Shown here in pieces: positions 60,301 through 64,000 of a stretch of DNA of 64,000 bases. The notes under the pieces are model-generated. The model was not told where the DNA came from. It searched no databases and saw only the letters and a program-made list of their open reading frames with translations. Source of the DNA: Nemertoderma westbladi (Eukaryota > Animalia > Xenacoelomorpha); NCBI GenBank assembly GCA_032718475.1, contig JAUCBJ010007962.1, positions 1 to 64,000 of the forward strand, read 5' to 3'. The first letter of the stretch is position 1. Each line of letters opens with the position of its first letter. A program made the translations under genes and the position numbers.

Positions 60301-63300
60301 CTAGAAAGGCATTTCCTGAAGGAAATGCAACCACGAAGCTAAGGAAAATTAAACACACTTTGACTCATCAGTTCATTGGTTCTAGTTAAAAGTCATATGT
60401 CTTAATACAACTCCCATCACCATGGCAACTTGAGTTTTCTAGAACTGCTCGGTTATACATTAAGATCCAGTTTGTAGTTCCGTGACACAAATTTACTTCA
60501 AGGAAGTTTCATTGAGTAGTTGATGTTCAAAATTAAGGATGTACTAGAAAGGCATTTCCTAAAGGAAATGCAACCACGAAGCTAAGGAAAATTAAACAAA
60601 GGGCCACAATTTGGTTTGTTGCTTAGCCTAGTTTAGTAGCATTTGCCAATAAATAACTTATATTCCCATGGAAACTAGAGTTCTCTGGAACTGTTGGTTT
60701 TACCTTTGAAAAAAGATTCAGTAAAGATTGTGGTTCAGATAACACTTTCCGAGTTTCAGAAAATATTGTAGTTTATGTCCAAATTACCGATTTTCTATTA
60801 AAATGCAACTGTTTGCAGTGGTTGTCATGGAAACTGAAAAATAGAACAATGTAATTCGGATGCAGAATAAGTCATATAATGGGGGTAGGTCTTGGTCCCA
60901 AGTCATAATACTATTAACTTGTGCTTCAAATTATCATTTTATAAATTTTAACATCTGTTTAGTCTTGTTGCTATGGTGACTGGATTGTGTAATTAATCTC
61001 GAATGGATTGTATTATGTATATGGACCTTATAGATGAGATGCAAAATACCAAATTTATATATATTACATTATTTTGCTACAAATAGAGTATTGAATTTAG
61101 ACTTGAATGATATAGACTTTAATAAACTCCAGTCACCATGGTAACTAGTTATTTCTGGAATGTTTTCAGTTTCACCAAAAGTCCCAACTAGTGGTCCAGA
61201 TAACACATACCCAGTTTCATAAAATTTTATCATGAAGTCTATGTCCAAATGAGTAATTTTTGCATAAAAACATCTGTTTTCAGCGGTTGTCATGGTAACT
61301 GCAAAATAAAACAATGAAATTCGGACGCAGAATAATTTATATAGTGGGGGTAGGGGTTGGTCCCAAGTCATAACACCTTAACCTTAGGCTTCAAATTAAC
61401 ATTTTATAAATTTTAACATCTGTTTAGCCCGGTTGCCAAGGCAACTGGATTTTCTATTGAACCTCAATCGGCTCTGCTATGGACCTTATAGTTGAGTTGA
61501 GAAACCCCAAGTTTATATCTATTATAGTTTTCCTACAAACAGAGTTATAAATATTGACTTGAAATACATAGACTTTTTTTGAAGTCCGTTGCCATGGAAA
61601 CCAGATTTTTCCTGGATATGAGACCCAGTCTAAAAGATGCGCCTCGACGAGTAGTATATACATGCAAATTTTCAGGGTACTTTTAAAGGCTAGATTTGCC
61701 GGGGGTCAAAAAAAACCAAATCTGCCTCACACAAGTAAAATAGCCCACTATGAATAGACCATCTCAGCTAAGGAAAATCTTTCTTAGCGAAAGTAGTTGA
61801 TTTTCCTTAGCTTCGTGGATCCCTTAAAATCGTCGCGAATGATATCTGAAATGTCTATAATAGCTGATTTACGAGAAAGGCATTTCCTAAAGGAAACGCA
61901 ACCACGAAGCTAAGGAAAATTAAACAATTTGTTTGGTTCGCTTAGCCTTAGCCTCGTTTAGTAGCAATTGTCAATAATTAACTTATACTAGAAAGGCATT
62001 TCCTAAAGGAAATGCAACCACGAAGCTAAGGAAAATTAAACAAACCGCCACACTTTGGTTCGTTGCTTAGCCTAGTTTAGTAGCATTTGCCACTAATTAA
62101 CTTATATTCCCATGGAAACTAGAGTACTCTGGAACTGTTGGTGTTACCTTTGAAAAAAGATTCAGTCCAGATTGTGGTTCAGATAACACATACCAAGTTT
62201 CAGAAAATATTGTAGTTTATGTCCAAATTACCGATTTTCCTTCAAAATGCATCTGTTTGCGGTGGTTGTCATGAAAACTGAAAAACAGAACAATGTAATT
62301 TGGATGCAGAATAAGTTATATAATGGGGGTAGGTCTTGGTCCCAAGTCATAATACTATTAACTTGTGTTTCAAATTATCATTTTATAAATTTTAACTTCT
62401 GTTTAGTCTGGTTGCTATGGTAACTGGATTGTGTAATTAACCTCGAACGGCTTGTATATGGACCTTATAGATGTGTTGCAAAACCCCAAATTTATATATA
62501 TTACATTATTTTGCTACAAATAGAGTATTGAATTTAGATTTGAATGATATAGACTTTGATAAACTACAGTTACCATGGTAACAAGATATTTCTGGAATGT
62601 TTTCAGTTTCACTAAAAGTTCCAACTAGTGGTCCAGATAACACATACCCAGTTTCGTAAAATTTTATCGCGAAGTCTATGTCCAAATGAGTAATTTTTGC
62701 ATAAAAACATCTGTTTTCAGCGGTTGTCATGGTAACTGCAAAATAAAACAATGAAATTCGGACGCAGAATAAATTATATAGTGGGGGTAGGGGTTGGTCC
62801 CAAGTCATAACACCTTGTCCTTAGGCTTCAAATTATCATTTTATAAATTTTAACATCTGTTTAGCCTGGTTGCCAAGGCAACTGGATTTTCTATTGAACC
62901 TCAATCGGCTCTGCTATGGACCTTATAGTTGTGTTGCGAAACCCCAAGTTTATATCTATTATAGTTTCCCTACAAATAGAGTTTTAAATATTGACTTGAA
63001 ATACAGAGACTTTTTTATAAGTCCGTTTCCATGGAAACCAGATTTTTCCTGGATATGAGACCCGGCCCAAAAGATGCGCCTCGACGAGTAGTATATACAT
63101 GCAAAATTTCAGGGTACTTTTAAAGGCTAGTTTTTTCACCGGTCAAAAAACCCCAAATCTGCCTCACACAAGTAAAATAGCCCACTATGAATAGACCATC
63201 TCAGCTAAGGAAAATCTTTCTTAGCGAAAGTAGTTGATTTTCCTTAGCTTCGTGGATTCCCATGGAAACTAGAGTTCTCTGGAACTGTTGCTTTAACCTT

Positions 63301-64000
63301 TGAAAAAAAATTCAGTACAGATTGTGGTTCAGATAACACATATACTGAGTTTCAGAAAATATTGTAGTTTATGTCCAAATTACCGATTTTCTATCAAAAT
63401 GCATCTGTTTGCAGTGGTTGTCATGGAAACTAAAAAATAGAACAATGTAATTCGGATGCAGAATAAGTCATATAGTGGGGGTAGGGGTTAGTCCCAAGTC
63501 ATAATACTATTAACTTGTGCTTCAAATTATCATGTTATAAATTTTAACATCTGTTTAGACTTGTTGCTATGGTAACTGTATTTTCTAATTAACCTCAAAC
63601 GGCTTGGATATGGATCTTATAGATGAGTTGCAAAACCCCAAGTTTATATATATTACAGTTTTGCTACAAATAGAGTTATCAATATAGATTTGAATGATAT
63701 AGAGTTTAATAAACTACAGTTACCATGGTAACTAAATTTCTGGAATAATTTAAGTTTCACTAAAAGTTCCAACTAGTGGTCCAGATAACACATACCCAGT
63801 TTTGTAAAATTTTATCGTGAAGTCTATGTCCAAATGAATAAGTTTTGAATAAAAACATCTGTTTTCAGCGGTTGTCATGGTAACTGAAAAATAGAACAAT
63901 GTAATTCGGATGCAGAATAAGTTATATAGTGGGGGTAGGGGTTGGTCCCAAGTCATAACACCTTGCCCTTAGGCCTCAAATTAACATTTTATAAATTTTA
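57332..64000 (-). mobile_element. Tandem and nested array of non-autonomous Helitrons (units 57332-58991, 58998-60267, 60301-60543 partial, 60544-61819, 61872-beyond the window with 61988-63256 nested inside)
   Basis: Minus strand 5' TC..., 3' hairpin GCATTTCCT-TT-AGGAAATGC then CTAG (CTCG in two units); unit 61988-63256 sits between A and T with no TSD; internal diverged ~420-480-bp repeats. Confidence 0.85.

Noticed and set aside
58283-63956. Tandem family of ~100-aa genes (MTWDQPLPP...)
   Set aside because: These are ORFs within Helitron internal repeats, with variable stops and no RepHel or other recognisable motif.

Overview
Eukaryotic (most likely invertebrate animal) repeat-dense DNA with no prokaryotic operons. 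Positions 1-43.9 kb are a nest of three BEL/Pao LTR retrotransposons. Element A (+, 2.2-kb LTRs, 5' LTR starts ~180 bp before the window) is inserted into the 3' region of an older element C (-). A's gag is interrupted by a 1.2-kb TG..CA solo-LTR-like insert and by element B (+, 1240-bp LTRs, TSD CATGG, RT and IN core deleted in frame). None of the three has a TGG tRNA primer-binding site. In each, the 9-11 nt directly after the 5' LTR are the exact reverse complement of a segment inside that element's own LTR, in the register needed to prime the LTR end, which suggests Tf1-like self-priming in BEL/Pao. A and B also carry homologous extra 3' ORFs (triple zinc knuckle plus a shared WExxADxH domain, not Env-like) between an internal and a terminal PPT-like motif. 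A's gag-pol is strongly enriched in GGTAAG 5'-splice-site motifs. The rest of the window holds RTE-like and CRE-like non-LTR relics, an Academ-like relic, a foldback element, one probable DEG/ENaC exon, and a nested array of non-autonomous Helitrons with subterminal inverted repeats and RFX X-box-like motifs. Family assignments come from motif recognition by eye; no searches were run.
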